Origin: an uncultured Armatimonadetes bacterium
Lineage (GTDB): Bacteria; Armatimonadota; Hebobacteria; Hebobacterales; Hebobacteraceae
Assembly: GCA_963716175.1 (NCBI GenBank)
Contig: OY970296.1
Coordinates: forward strand, 768,001 to 832,000
Direction: 5' to 3'
Length of the DNA stretch: 64,000 bases
Shown: one piece after another, positions 31,203-40,916 of the stretch
Layout: each line of letters opens with the position of its first letter
How positions within the stretch are numbered: position 1 is the stretch's first letter
The notes under the pieces: model-generated
What the model was told of the DNA's origin: nothing
The model's input: the letters and a program-made list of their open reading frames with translations, nothing else
The model's database searches: none
Position numbers and translations under genes: made by a program

Positions 31203-33020
31203 CTACTTACCGGAGCGCAGGAACTCGTTCATGACCGTGGCCGGGTTGCCATCATCCCCAGTGTCCACAGGCGGTCCCTCGGTTGCCTGTGAACTCTCTC
31301 TACTGCTCTCATTCTGGTCCTGCCTGGGCGCAGGCGCGCCTCCGCGCTGGGGCGCTGTCTCTTCTTCGGCGGGTGGGTCTATCAGTCGCTGCCCAAGGTA
31401 CTTGATCCCCTTTTGAGTGATGGCCCACACGCCGCGTGGCGAGTCGCCCGCGAGCAGTCCCTGCTTCACCATCTGACTCTGGCTCCACGTTGCGGCATTC
31501 CGCCACCGAGGTGTGGGGTACGTGGACCCGACGGGTTCCGTGTCCTCGGGTTTGAGCTCCTCGCGGACAAGTTCATGGACCCGCTCCAGCACCTCCCGCG
31601 TCTGCGCCCTGCCGCCGAGCCCTCGCAGCGCGCGCAGGATCGGCACCACGAAGAACTCCGGCGGAGTGCGAACCCCACGAGGCAAGCGCTTGCGTCTCAC
31701 CCGCTTTCTCGTTGGCCTCTCTCGGGCAGCTCGCCTGGCGGACCGTGTCCCGCCGGAACTCAGCGAGGGTGCAAGGTCACCATTCCAGCGCTCTTCCATG
31801 GCCTCAGCCTCGCCGAGAAGCGCCTCCAGGCGCTCGCAGCCGAGTAGCAGTTGGCGCGCGGCGGCGTAGTCGCCCCGCCGAGAGGTCTCGGCGCTCTGCT
31901 CCCTCGCTTCGTCAAGCGCCGCCCGCATCTCCGTCAGCAGTAGGGAGAACGCTCCGCTCACGTCTGCCTTCATTCCGCGACCCCTCTCGCCGGAGGTGCT
32001 CTTCACTGTCTGTGTGATCGCCGTCGCGGTGAAAGTGAGCCCCAGCTCCTCCGCCAGGGATCGCCCGGACTCGGTCAACGTGTACGAAGAGCGCCCGACT
32101 CTCCGCACCAGGCCCGCGCTCTCAAGCCACTTGAGCCGGTAGGATGTCTGATAGGTCGTCCGCCATCCGTGCTGGACTCCCAACCGGGGATGGAGTTCGG
32201 CTACGCTCGCCGACCTGTCAGGGTAGATGCGGGCCACCAAGTCGGCGACCCCAGCGATCCGTTGCACCAGCAGCCGACCAACAACGAAACCGTCACCGGT
32301 TTCGGCGTACGCGGTGCCGTCCGGAGTCAGCATGACGGAGCCGTCGGGCCCTTTCCGCAGGAGGCCGAGCTGCACGGGGACCCAGGCGTAAGTGGCGGAC
32401 GCTTTCCGGCCACGTAGATGGTACTGAGCTGCCAACCAGGCGGCCAGCCTCTGCCTGTTCACTGAGCGACCGGCTGCAGACTCAGCGGCCACATACCTGA
32501 GCATCGAGCGGAGAGTTGCTGCATACGCACCAGCCCCTCCCGGCAGCGGCCAGAGGGCCGTGCGCGAAGCCGCATCTGAGACAGAACTCAGCGGGCCAGA
32601 GCCTGGTGCGTCGGTACTCGGAAGGTGCTCGCGCACGTCCCCAGAGACCGCGCCGGGAGTGGGCCTCGTCGCTGCCTCCTGGATCTCCTTGAGGGTACGC
32701 CCGGACTCGTCCTTCCACTCGATCCGCCCGTTGGCAGAACGCCCTAGTACTGCGATAGCCGCCATCGATGGTGATGAGAAGACGTGGTCTTGCCTGAACT
32801 CGAGATGCCTGCCGGCCCGCCTAAGGATACCCTCGGTCAGCAGCTCATCGCGCAGTCGCACACAAGCTGGCTCCAGAGACGGAACTGGCTCGAGTACGGC
32901 CTCGGAACCCCGAAGGACAACAAAGCCGTCCTCCACTGGGTGGCCTCTGGCCTTGATTCCCTTGCTCTCGATGATCAGCACTCGTGCTGGCCTCCGGCCC
33001 CAGAGCTGCCTGGTAGCCAC
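31203..33020 (-). CDS. DUF4357 plus winged-helix plus Mrr_N-like multidomain protein
   Basis: GFVVLRGSEA..FSSPSMAA.AVLGRSANGRIEWK; C-terminal PILRALRGLGG..RWRNAATW..MVKQGLL..SPRGVWAIT; start uncertain. Confidence 0.75.
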   Translation of the reverse strand: MATRQLWGRRPARVLIIESKGIKARGHPVEDGFVVLRGSEAVLEPVPSLEPACVRLRDELLTEGILRRAGRHLEFRQDHVFSSPSMAAIAVLGRSANGRIEWKDESGRTLKEIQEAATRPTPGAVSGDVREHLPSTDAPGSGPLSSVSDAASRTALWPLPGGAGAYAATLRSMLRYVAAESAAGRSVNRQRLAAWLAAQYHLRGRKASATYAWVPVQLGLLRKGPDGSVMLTPDGTAYAETGDGFVVGRLLVQRIAGVADLVARIYPDRSASVAELHPRLGVQHGWRTTYQTSYRLKWLESAGLVRRVGRSSYTLTESGRSLAEELGLTFTATAITQTVKSTSGERGRGMKADVSGAFSLLLTEMRAALDEAREQSAETSRRGDYAAARQLLLGCERLEALLGEAEAMEERWNGDLAPSLSSGGTRSARRAARERPTRKRVRRKRLPRGVRTPPEFFVVPILRALRGLGGRAQTREVLERVHELVREELKPEDTEPVGSTYPTPRWRNAATWSQSQMVKQGLLAGDSPRGVWAITQKGIKYLGQRLIDPPAEEETAPQRGGAPAPRQDQNESSRESSQATEGPPVDTGDDGNPATVMNEFLRSGK

Positions 33021-33596
33021 AGCAGCAGCGGTCGGTCACAGGGCTCCCACCGAAGTACTTGGCCGAGGACGTCGAGCGCGCGTGCGACATCGCGCCTGAC
33101 GAGACGCTCAGGGGAAGACGGTCCAGCGAGCGCAGACTTGCAGGGGCTGTGCCGGCACGCGAACTGAGAACGATACTGTGTTGCGGCCGCGTTGCCGACC
33201 CTACCGTCTGAAGGCCACCGCGATGGCGCGGTGATGCCCAACCGGGCATCCTGCCGCGGCGCTTGTAGCCTTGGCGCCGACATCCATCCTGGCTCGCCGC
33301 CAGTCTCGCCGATGGCCTCGCCCACCACGATCACCGGATCCCCTCTCCCAGTATGCGCGTCGCGCAGGGCTCATGGAAGGCGGCTCAGGAGGACGACTCA
33401 GCGGGGTGATCGCCTCTACTCAGTCTCTTCGATGTAGTGCGCTCGTAACCTGCCGGGGACCGCCTATAGCAGCCGATCTGACGTAGAACCGCCCCAACTC
33501 TGTCCTGACGGTCTGTCCTGCTGTATCGTGGGCACTCTATTTCGCTGGAGGCTGGAACCACAAGATGCGCGCAGCCCGCCGACCTAGACCCGACGG

Positions 33597-33665
33597 AACC
33601 CCGGCCGTGACTCCAAGCCAATGGGGTAGCCGGAGTCGGGGTGCCCGGGGCCGTCGTCCAGGATG
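33597..33665 (+). repeat. Dispersed imperfect-hairpin repeat copy
   Basis: ccccggccgtgactccaagccaatggggtagccggagtcggggtgcccggggccgtcgtccagga. Confidence 0.7.
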
Positions 33666-33763
33666 CGTCGGCGGAGTGGGAGGGATTACCTGCCGGCACA
33701 AGCCAGAGTCGGAAGAGGGGCAAGCACGACTAGGGCGAATCCTCACCGTAAGAGGGCTGGGCT

Positions 33764-34894
33764 GTGAAGCGCGTCAAGAGCATCGCTTACCGCTACCTTA
33801 CGGCCGCCGAGTTCTTCAACATCTATAAGCCGCGAGGAACGGAGCAGAGCGGCGGCGGCCAGACGTACATCGATTTCCCTATCCACGCCATACCCGCTGA
33901 CGCGTGGCCCGGTTTCTTTGGAGGCGTGAATGGCCTAGAGACGGGCCAGCGGACATACGGCCCTGAGTGGCGATTCCCCGTTGGCAGCGTCGGCGTGGCT
34001 CCGCAGAACCAGGCCGGGGATCAACAGGCTAGGATATACCAGCGGCGCGCGCAGAGCTTCACTATATCCGGCCAACACATCGAAGCCGACAGAGTAGCGG
34101 CGTGGCGTCCCGACCACGGCTTCCCGCAGCCCGCTAACCCAGAGGATCGGGACCAGCTACCCGAAGGGCTGTGTGTGTACCTGGTTCGCACGAGCGAGGG
34201 CGAAGTGTGGGCAGGCTGGTCCATCAACGGCGATGCACATCCATCGCCCTGCCAGGACGAGGCGGCAGAGGCGCTTCTGCACGAGATGCTTGACCCGGCA
34301 CGGAAAGCTGGTGACGCAGGTATCATAGCAGTGGAGGAAGGGACTCTGCTTCTCGATGAGGCGAACGCGCAGTCCCCGTTCACGGCGTCTCCAGTGGCCA
34401 AGGCCGTGATCACCGCAATCGCCGACGTTACGCAGGGCGATGAGGGAGCAGACGAAGGCCTTATCGGACGGCTCTTCGGGGAGGATGTCACTCGCGAGGG
34501 GAAGACTCAGCCCGACGTCATTCAGCGGGTACGGAAAACATACCGCCGGAATCAGAGGGCCGCGAAAGACCTAAAGGACCTTTACGGGTACGAGTGCCAG
34601 GTGTCCCACGAGCAGGGCTTCATGAAGGCCAACGGGTCTAGGTACATCGAGGTACACCATCTGGTACCACTTGGCGAAGACGGCGACGATGATCCTCTGA
34701 ACATGATAGTCGTCGATCCCAGAATCCATCGCATGCTTCACTACGCAGACGTTGACGGCGTCGAACTCCAGAACATCGAGCAGGCGGCCGATGGTACCGC
34801 CTCCCTCCAGATAACCATCAACGGCCAGCCGTATACCATCCGCTGGCACCCGGCGCATGCTGAGCGGATACTCCAACACCAGGGGAACCAGTAG
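33764..34894 (+). CDS. HNH endonuclease, putative restriction enzyme
   Basis: RNQR....LK.LY...CQV..YIEVHHLVPLG..G.D...NMIVV.P..HR.LH; convergent with two methylase genes. Confidence 0.82.
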   Translation: MKRVKSIAYRYLTAAEFFNIYKPRGTEQSGGGQTYIDFPIHAIPADAWPGFFGGVNGLETGQRTYGPEWRFPVGSVGVAPQNQAGDQQARIYQRRAQSFTISGQHIEADRVAAWRPDHGFPQPANPEDRDQLPEGLCVYLVRTSEGEVWAGWSINGDAHPSPCQDEAAEALLHEMLDPARKAGDAGIIAVEEGTLLLDEANAQSPFTASPVAKAVITAIADVTQGDEGADEGLIGRLFGEDVTREGKTQPDVIQRVRKTYRRNQRAAKDLKDLYGYECQVSHEQGFMKANGSRYIEVHHLVPLGEDGDDDPLNMIVVDPRIHRMLHYADVDGVELQNIEQAADGTASLQITINGQPYTIRWHPAHAERILQHQGNQ

Positions 34895-34896
34895 AC

Positions 34897-35982
34897 TTAC
34901 TTCAGCCGGACGTGAATCAGGTACTCCGTGACGGTAGGAAGGAGCCTGCTGTTGTTGCTCTTGAAGCGCTTGTGGCTGAACGTCTTCACCGTGACGTCGC
35001 CGAACTCCAGGAATAGCTCCCTGAGTTGCTCGACGTCCAGAAGGCCATCTTCACTGTAGCTGACAAGGAAATGCGGGCAGCGCATGCGGGAGAACACCGC
35101 GCGGAACGAATCCCGTATCCGCGTCTTGGTGCAGAAGTTCGAATACTGGTCCCGCCAGGGGCGCAGGCCGCTGACGCCGATGGCCTCCGGTTCGTCCTCC
35201 CGCGCGAGCGTCTCCAGTACGTGGTAGTTAGCCGCGTACTGCCGCTTCATGTACGGCGGGTCGATGTAGCACAGATCGCACTCGATCTCAGCCGCCACAT
35301 CCTCCGCGTACCCCTGGAGAACTCTGTGGCGACCAGCATCATCAGGCAGCACAAGCGGCGTTCGTGTCAGTTTGAGCGGCTCGTTTGCTCTTCCTGCCAG
35401 CCGTGAGAGGTAGTGCCCGTATGTTCCCGCGATGTTAGCCACATCATTGGCGGCCATGATGAGGTCATGGAGCAGGAGCGAGTGTTCGAGGTCGCTGATC
35501 TGCCGACTCTCACGGAGCCATCGGACGCACGCACGCATGCCGTCTATCTTCCGCGCATTCTCAGGCGAGAAGTAGTTCCGCGGCTTGGGCGTGTTCTGGG
35601 GCCGGCCGTCCCTGCTGAACTCCCGCCAGAAGTAGCCCTCCTGGGGACTGACTAGGTTCAGCGCCTGAATCATCGCCTCATACGGAGCGAGAGGAAAGAG
35701 CGTTTGGTGTCTTCCTCCGGGAAGCACCTGCTCGATGAACCCCCTCGCGTCAGCGAACTCCGGCATCGACGAGAACAGGAGCATCACCCGTGCATGGTGG
35801 TACGAGTACGTCATAAGGTCATTGGCCGTGACGCGGTATCCCTGTTCTCTGAGTGCCACTGAGACAGCGGCCGTTCCGCACATCAGGTCAGCGACGTGCG
35901 CGCGGTCGCCAACGGCCTCCCTGGTAGCCGTCAGCACCTCGTCTATGACCGCGGTTTTGACACCGATATACCGGAAGCCCAT
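34897..35982 (-). CDS. DNA adenine methyltransferase, D12/alpha class
   Basis: RYIGVK, DLMCGTAAV, YIDPPY..RQY..NYH. Confidence 0.9.
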   Translation of the reverse strand: MGFRYIGVKTAVIDEVLTATREAVGDRAHVADLMCGTAAVSVALREQGYRVTANDLMTYSYHHARVMLLFSSMPEFADARGFIEQVLPGGRHQTLFPLAPYEAMIQALNLVSPQEGYFWREFSRDGRPQNTPKPRNYFSPENARKIDGMRACVRWLRESRQISDLEHSLLLHDLIMAANDVANIAGTYGHYLSRLAGRANEPLKLTRTPLVLPDDAGRHRVLQGYAEDVAAEIECDLCYIDPPYMKRQYAANYHVLETLAREDEPEAIGVSGLRPWRDQYSNFCTKTRIRDSFRAVFSRMRCPHFLVSYSEDGLLDVEQLRELFLEFGDVTVKTFSHKRFKSNNSRLLPTVTEYLIHVRLK

Positions 35983-35995
35983 GCCGAGAGTCCAC

Positions 35996-37909
35996 CTACT
36001 TCGCAAAGATGTCGCGGATGCTGATCGTTCTGAGCGCGCGGACAGGGATGAGCTGTTCGACGCCCTCGAGCGTGCTGTAGATGAACCCATAGTCGCGCCT
36101 AGTCAACCCGTACAACTCGGCCACCATACGTTCCACACGGGCATCGACCGCGCCGGGTATGTCCTCACCCCGGGCCGTGTAGGCCTTCAGCAACTCCGCT
36201 ATCGACAGCACCAGATGCTTCTTGCCGCCGTTCAGGATGAACTGGGCAGGCAGAGGGAGGCCCAGAACCTGCGTCTGCGTCAGGTACGGATGGGACCGCC
36301 ACTCCGTCTCCCCATAACTCTTCACCAGGTAGTAGTACAAGGCCCTTGAGTTGAGCAGCCCCAGGAAGAACTCCAGTGGCAGAGATGCACCTTCCGCGTC
36401 GAGCGTCCGGAAGATGTAGACCACCTGGTTGGTGAATGCGCCAGAGTAGTCCATAGCCGCCGATATGCCCACCCCGGTCTTCCGGACGACGAGCTTTGGC
36501 TGTCGGTACAGGTTCCGATCCTTGTACTTGACGCCTTGTCTGGACGTGTCAATCCACAGCGCCGGCTGCGCGTGATAGCGCCTCACGCTCTCGCCCGTGA
36601 GGATGGCCTCATAGCCATCAACTGGCTCCCTGCTGGTGATCCGCACGATGGCCTCTGGGGTCACTGCCACCGATGCGCCGCAGTGACGGCACACAGGCCG
36701 CCGCGCGCTCGGGAGGGCTACCCACAGACCACAGGCCCCGCACTGACATACCCTCCCCGATTTGGACAGTTCCACCCCTCTGCTGCTCCACAGGTGATCA
36801 CGGAAGTGACTCCCCTGCGCTCGGAACTTCCGGAGGGTGGCCTCCTCGTCAGCCGTGATGTCGATGTCGAAAAGGTAGTCCGGGTTGTGAAGCAACCTCT
36901 CCTGCGCGACTGAGTGGCGCAGCAGACCTTCCGCCTCACGGAAACTCATCTGGCCCCCGATGATCCGCCGTCTGATCTCTGGAGTCAGCCGAAGGCACTC
37001 GGTTCGGGACTGCACATCGGGCTTGCCCTTCCGGCAGATAACGACGGCACATGCGCGGTTCACGTCGCTGAATATCCTCTCGCCGAATCTGCCGACGAAG
37101 CGGACCTGTGTCTCCTGCAGGAGTAGCTTCCGTAGAGATGTTCGCTCAAGGTTGAAGAGCGAGTCCGGCACTATGAAAGCGATGTACCCGCCCGGCCTGG
37201 TGATGGACAGCGCCAGTTCCATGAACAAGTCCGAGGTGTCGAACTGGCCCTGGAGGAGTGAGAAGTCCCGTCGCGACAGCCGCTCCCTGTAAAGCGAGAT
37301 ATCGGCCCCCCACGGTGGATTCGCTATCACTACGTCGAAGCCGCCCGGAGCGCCCATCCGCTCCCTGATCGCCGCCCACCCATCGCCGAGGGACCCCTCG
37401 CCAGATGGTGCCAAAGCATTGGCAGTGACCAGATGGAGGCAGCCGCTGCGTCTGCGCCGCGGCGGGATCAGTGCCCCAATTCGGGCCTCGGCGCGGGCGA
37501 CAGCAACCGAGTCGGCATCCACGCCGCAGAGGACAACACGCGGGTCGGTAGCCATCAGAGCAGCATGCAGTCCGGGCTGATCTTGTGAGAGCGCGAGGAG
37601 TTCTTGCCAGCAGGCGACGAGCAGTTCCCCGTCCCCACACGCAGGGTCGAGCACGCGCCACTTCCGTGGGTCAGGCAGAGCAGAACCGGACTTCAGCGGG
37701 CTATCGCCGAGGAAGTACCCTACGACCTTCGTCGCCACATAGCGGGCCAGGTCGCCAGGCGTGTAGACACTGCCGTTCAGCTTTCGTGCCTCGTATGTAT
37801 CGGGTACCGCTTGGAGGCCATTCGCCTGCCGAAGGAGGGCACTAGCAGGCTGCGACCGCACGCCGCGTCTGTGAGTCTCCCTCGGTGGTATCAATGCTCC
37901 GTTCGCCAT
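35996..37909 (-). CDS. N6-adenine DNA methyltransferase, gamma class (Eco57I/TaqI-like) with Zn-ribbon insert
   Basis: VYTP, LDPACGDG, IANPPW, TaqI-C-like KLVVRKTG; CGAC and CRHC. Confidence 0.9.
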   Translation of the reverse strand: MANGALIPPRETHRRGVRSQPASALLRQANGLQAVPDTYEARKLNGSVYTPGDLARYVATKVVGYFLGDSPLKSGSALPDPRKWRVLDPACGDGELLVACWQELLALSQDQPGLHAALMATDPRVVLCGVDADSVAVARAEARIGALIPPRRRRSGCLHLVTANALAPSGEGSLGDGWAAIRERMGAPGGFDVVIANPPWGADISLYRERLSRRDFSLLQGQFDTSDLFMELALSITRPGGYIAFIVPDSLFNLERTSLRKLLLQETQVRFVGRFGERIFSDVNRACAVVICRKGKPDVQSRTECLRLTPEIRRRIIGGQMSFREAEGLLRHSVAQERLLHNPDYLFDIDITADEEATLRKFRAQGSHFRDHLWSSRGVELSKSGRVCQCGACGLWVALPSARRPVCRHCGASVAVTPEAIVRITSREPVDGYEAILTGESVRRYHAQPALWIDTSRQGVKYKDRNLYRQPKLVVRKTGVGISAAMDYSGAFTNQVVYIFRTLDAEGASLPLEFFLGLLNSRALYYYLVKSYGETEWRSHPYLTQTQVLGLPLPAQFILNGGKKHLVLSIAELLKAYTARGEDIPGAVDARVERMVAELYGLTRRDYGFIYSTLEGVEQLIPVRALRTISIRDIFAK

Positions 37910-38125
37910 ATGACCGCTTCGTGTTCGGAATCTGTCAGAGTGCGGGGGCCGATCTTCCGCCAGGCTCCGCTAGACCATACCATACATGATTCTTGCATTG
38001 CGAGCGGGATTCCTGCTAGCCTGCGCCTGCTGACCAACCTGCGCCCCCGGTTAGCGCCCATGCCACTCTGCACTCTTCCTCTCGTGTGGCTGACTGGCAG
38101 GTGCGGTTGCCTCATCTACAGCGGG

Positions 38126-38330
38126 TCAGGCATCGCCAACCTGCTCTCCATGCTCGGCAGTCCAGTTCGCAAGAGACGTCCCCGGCTCGTATCCTGTGCC
38201 CACCTGGACGCCGTAGACCAGGATCGAGTCCTGAAGCAGCTTCGACAGGCTCATTCCGTGACTTCCGGCGAGCTCCCGCATCCGCTCGGCGAAGTGGCCG
38301 CGAATCGTCACGGTGAGCATTTGGCCGTGC
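38126..38330 (-). CDS. Small ribbon-helix-helix-like protein, possibly frameshifted at its 5' end
   Basis: MLTVTIRGHFAERMRELAGSHGMSLSKLLQD strand-helix-helix pattern. Confidence 0.4.
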
Positions 38331-38939
38331 GCACGTTGCCGCGAACGGCGCGCTACGTGCGCCTGTGTCGGGCTTTCGGCCGCCGGTTGGGGTTGTCCCT
38401 CGCGCTGCTGCTGTTCGCGGCGCTGTCGCCATGTCTGGGCGGCCTGTTGGGCTCCAGCATGGCGTGAGGGAAAGCCTGGACCCAGGACGCGCAAAGGCAG
38501 ACTCCTTGCCTACGTGAGGGGGTTCGTAGGCGCGATGGGAGCCTGCCCTGAACGGCGTACTCCGGACCGAGCTGGGCCACCTGCTCCAACATGCCGGACC
38601 ATGTTGCCCTAAGCAGCCAGGGTGCTCGGACCCGACCCAAAGACCCAAAGTATGCCAAGCAACTCGGTCCGCCCCCCCGCGGGACAGCCGGGCAATCCAG
38701 GAGAGAGCCTGGTCGGGGCTGCGTCGGGCATGCGATGTTGCAGGGAACCCCCGATAGAAGCCCCATTTCCGCGTGTTCCTCGGCGGCTGGTGGGTTGACC
38801 CATCTCGGCCTCGACCTCCTCTAGGAATCGCCGCTAGGCGAGCATCTGCGACCAAGAACGCCACGCTACGAGGCGGTCATGCCTGGCCGGGGTCGGTTCG
38901 GCTCGGGCTGACGATCTCGACCGCGACGTAGCCGCTTCG

Positions 38940-39106
38940 CTCGGCGGTCCAGCCCTGCGGGAAGGGGCGGGGAGCGGGTACCTATGGTGGTAGGAGCCGA
39001 TGTTGATGCCCAGCTCCTGCACCTTGCTCTGGGGCAGGAAGCACTCTATCTCGACTCTCCAGGTGTAGCTCTCTGCCGTGCTGCTCACCGTCTGTGTCTG
39101 GCCCAT
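38940..39106 (-). pseudogene. N-terminal fragment of an amidoligase-family protein
   Basis: YTWRVEIECFLP...IGSYH resembles the TFGVEIE amidoligase start; AGGAG RBS; then degenerates. Confidence 0.45.
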
Positions 39107-39377
39107 CCTCGTCCTCTCCTCAGTATCAAGCATCTGTTTGCATCGCCACTCACATTCATCCCTCAAACGGGCCACAAGTCAAGGTCAAGATGAGTGGTTT
39201 CTTGGGGAGGTAAGGCAGTCCGGATGACCCCTGTCTGGGACAGAGGGTGAGCAGTCATGCCGCGTCGAATCATGGCGTGTCGGGCCGCCGCCGAGGTAGG
39301 CGGCGCTGACACGGCAGAGTAATGCTGGATCGTCGCACGGTTCGTGGGGGGCCAGGGTACCCAGGCAGAGACGCCAG

Positions 39378-40283
39378 ATGAGACCCAACCAGTTCGCGGC
39401 AGCCGCCCGCCTAAGGAGGCAATCGAGAGGCGGGCAGTTCGTCACTGAGGGCGGCGTGAAGCACGCTGCTGAGAACCGATATTGGGTGAAAGGGGCCACG
39501 GGCAGGCTTATGGATGGAGAGACGACCTTCGTGCAGGAGGCGAGGGCCGCCGCGACCCCTTCGGCGTTTGGGTGCGCGATGATCGCGCAGCAACGGTACA
39601 CCGACGCGGAGATACTAGAGGCGCTCAGGGAGAGGGGACTGCACAAGACCCAGAAGGGGCCGAGCATCGGGAGGCCTATCACGCGCGATGACCTGAGGAA
39701 GTGGCGAAATCTGCTACAGCAGGGCAGATACCTGAAGTATGGCAGGCCCGCGTTCCGACTGGACGAGGTCCCAGAGCGGCCTGCCGAGGTTGGCCGACCG
39801 GGTGGATCTGAGACGCTCCGGAGAGGCCTAGCCCAGCTGTCAGAGTCGTCGACGGAGGAAGAGGCGCGCACAGTCATAGACGGTTTGGCACGAACGCGCC
39901 GCGAGACATCTGACAAGACGGCCGCCGAGCTTCTCAGAATGCTGTCCACGATGCCCGCCTATCCCCGCTCGGAGGTTAGGCGGACAACCACCACCCGCAC
40001 CAGGAATGTCAGTCTGTCGCGTCTACTCAAGGAGCTCTACCGGGGCCGATGCCAGATCTGTCGGCGGACCTTCGCGACTGAAGACGGCTCCCCGTACTGC
40101 GAGACCCACCACATCAACCCTGTCGGACTGGAGACAGCCCGGAATCTGCTCGTCCTATGCCCCACATGCCACAGGAAGATGGAGTACGCGCGGGTTACGG
40201 GGGCGCGTTCAATCCTCACCCGGAGAGAAGTGACTATCAACGGGAAACTGCATGCGGTCACGGTACATGAGGCCCATCGGTAG
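39378..40283 (+). CDS. HNH endonuclease
   Basis: RN..LSRLLKELYRGRCQIC..YCETHHI.P..NLLVLCPTCH. Confidence 0.85.
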   Translation: MRPNQFAAAARLRRQSRGGQFVTEGGVKHAAENRYWVKGATGRLMDGETTFVQEARAAATPSAFGCAMIAQQRYTDAEILEALRERGLHKTQKGPSIGRPITRDDLRKWRNLLQQGRYLKYGRPAFRLDEVPERPAEVGRPGGSETLRRGLAQLSESSTEEEARTVIDGLARTRRETSDKTAAELLRMLSTMPAYPRSEVRRTTTTRTRNVSLSRLLKELYRGRCQICRRTFATEDGSPYCETHHINPVGLETARNLLVLCPTCHRKMEYARVTGARSILTRREVTINGKLHAVTVHEAHR

Positions 40284-40529
40284 CGCATGTCGCATACGTT
40301 GAGTCCTACTCGGTCACCACAACTTCGCGCCGCCAGGCGACAGCCCAACGCGAACGGTCGCCACAGGGTCTCACGTGTCTGGCCAGACCCCGCCGCGGCT
40401 GAGCGGGGCCTGTCTCGGCGAGGCTGCCGTGGCTGTCACTCGGTCATCGCGTCCAGGCCCCACACGAACACCAGCAGCCCGTCCACGAACTTGGCCTGAT
40501 CTGCCGGCGAGAGCCGCGATGCAATCTCA

Positions 40530-40690
40530 CCCTTGAGGCAACGGCGACGCGGCGAACCCCGCCACCAGCTTCCCCACTGCCGCCAGCTTCGTCCTCGTGT
40601 CCGAATGCAGGTAGCGGGCTGTGGTCTGCAGGTCGGCGTGCCCGAGAGCGCCTGCACGGTCCGCATGTCGACACCGCGATCGGGGGGGCC
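40530..40690 (-). pseudogene. C-terminal remnant of a tyrosine recombinase
   Basis: GVDMRTVQAL, then a frameshift, then GHADLQTTARYLH. Confidence 0.7.
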
Positions 40691-40916
40691 GGCGGCGACG
40701 GTGGCATCCTGGGCAATGGACCGCACCCACACCTCCACCTCACTCTCAAGCGCGGCCCTCAAGCCAACGTGACGCGCCGTTTTCGCGGCTTGGGGGGAAG
40801 AATGCTGGGAATGCCGCGATTCCGGCATTCCCGGCCGTAGATTCGCCTTGACGGGTTGGCCAACATCCGCCCTAGTGTCTTATCGGCAGTTGGCCGGGAG
40901 CCAGAAGGAGGCAAGG

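Noticed and set aside
31203-31235. Fifth copy of the sigma promoter motif (CTCCGGTAAGTA, minus strand)
   Set aside because: The -10-like half matches, but the GAC box is missing at the conserved spacing
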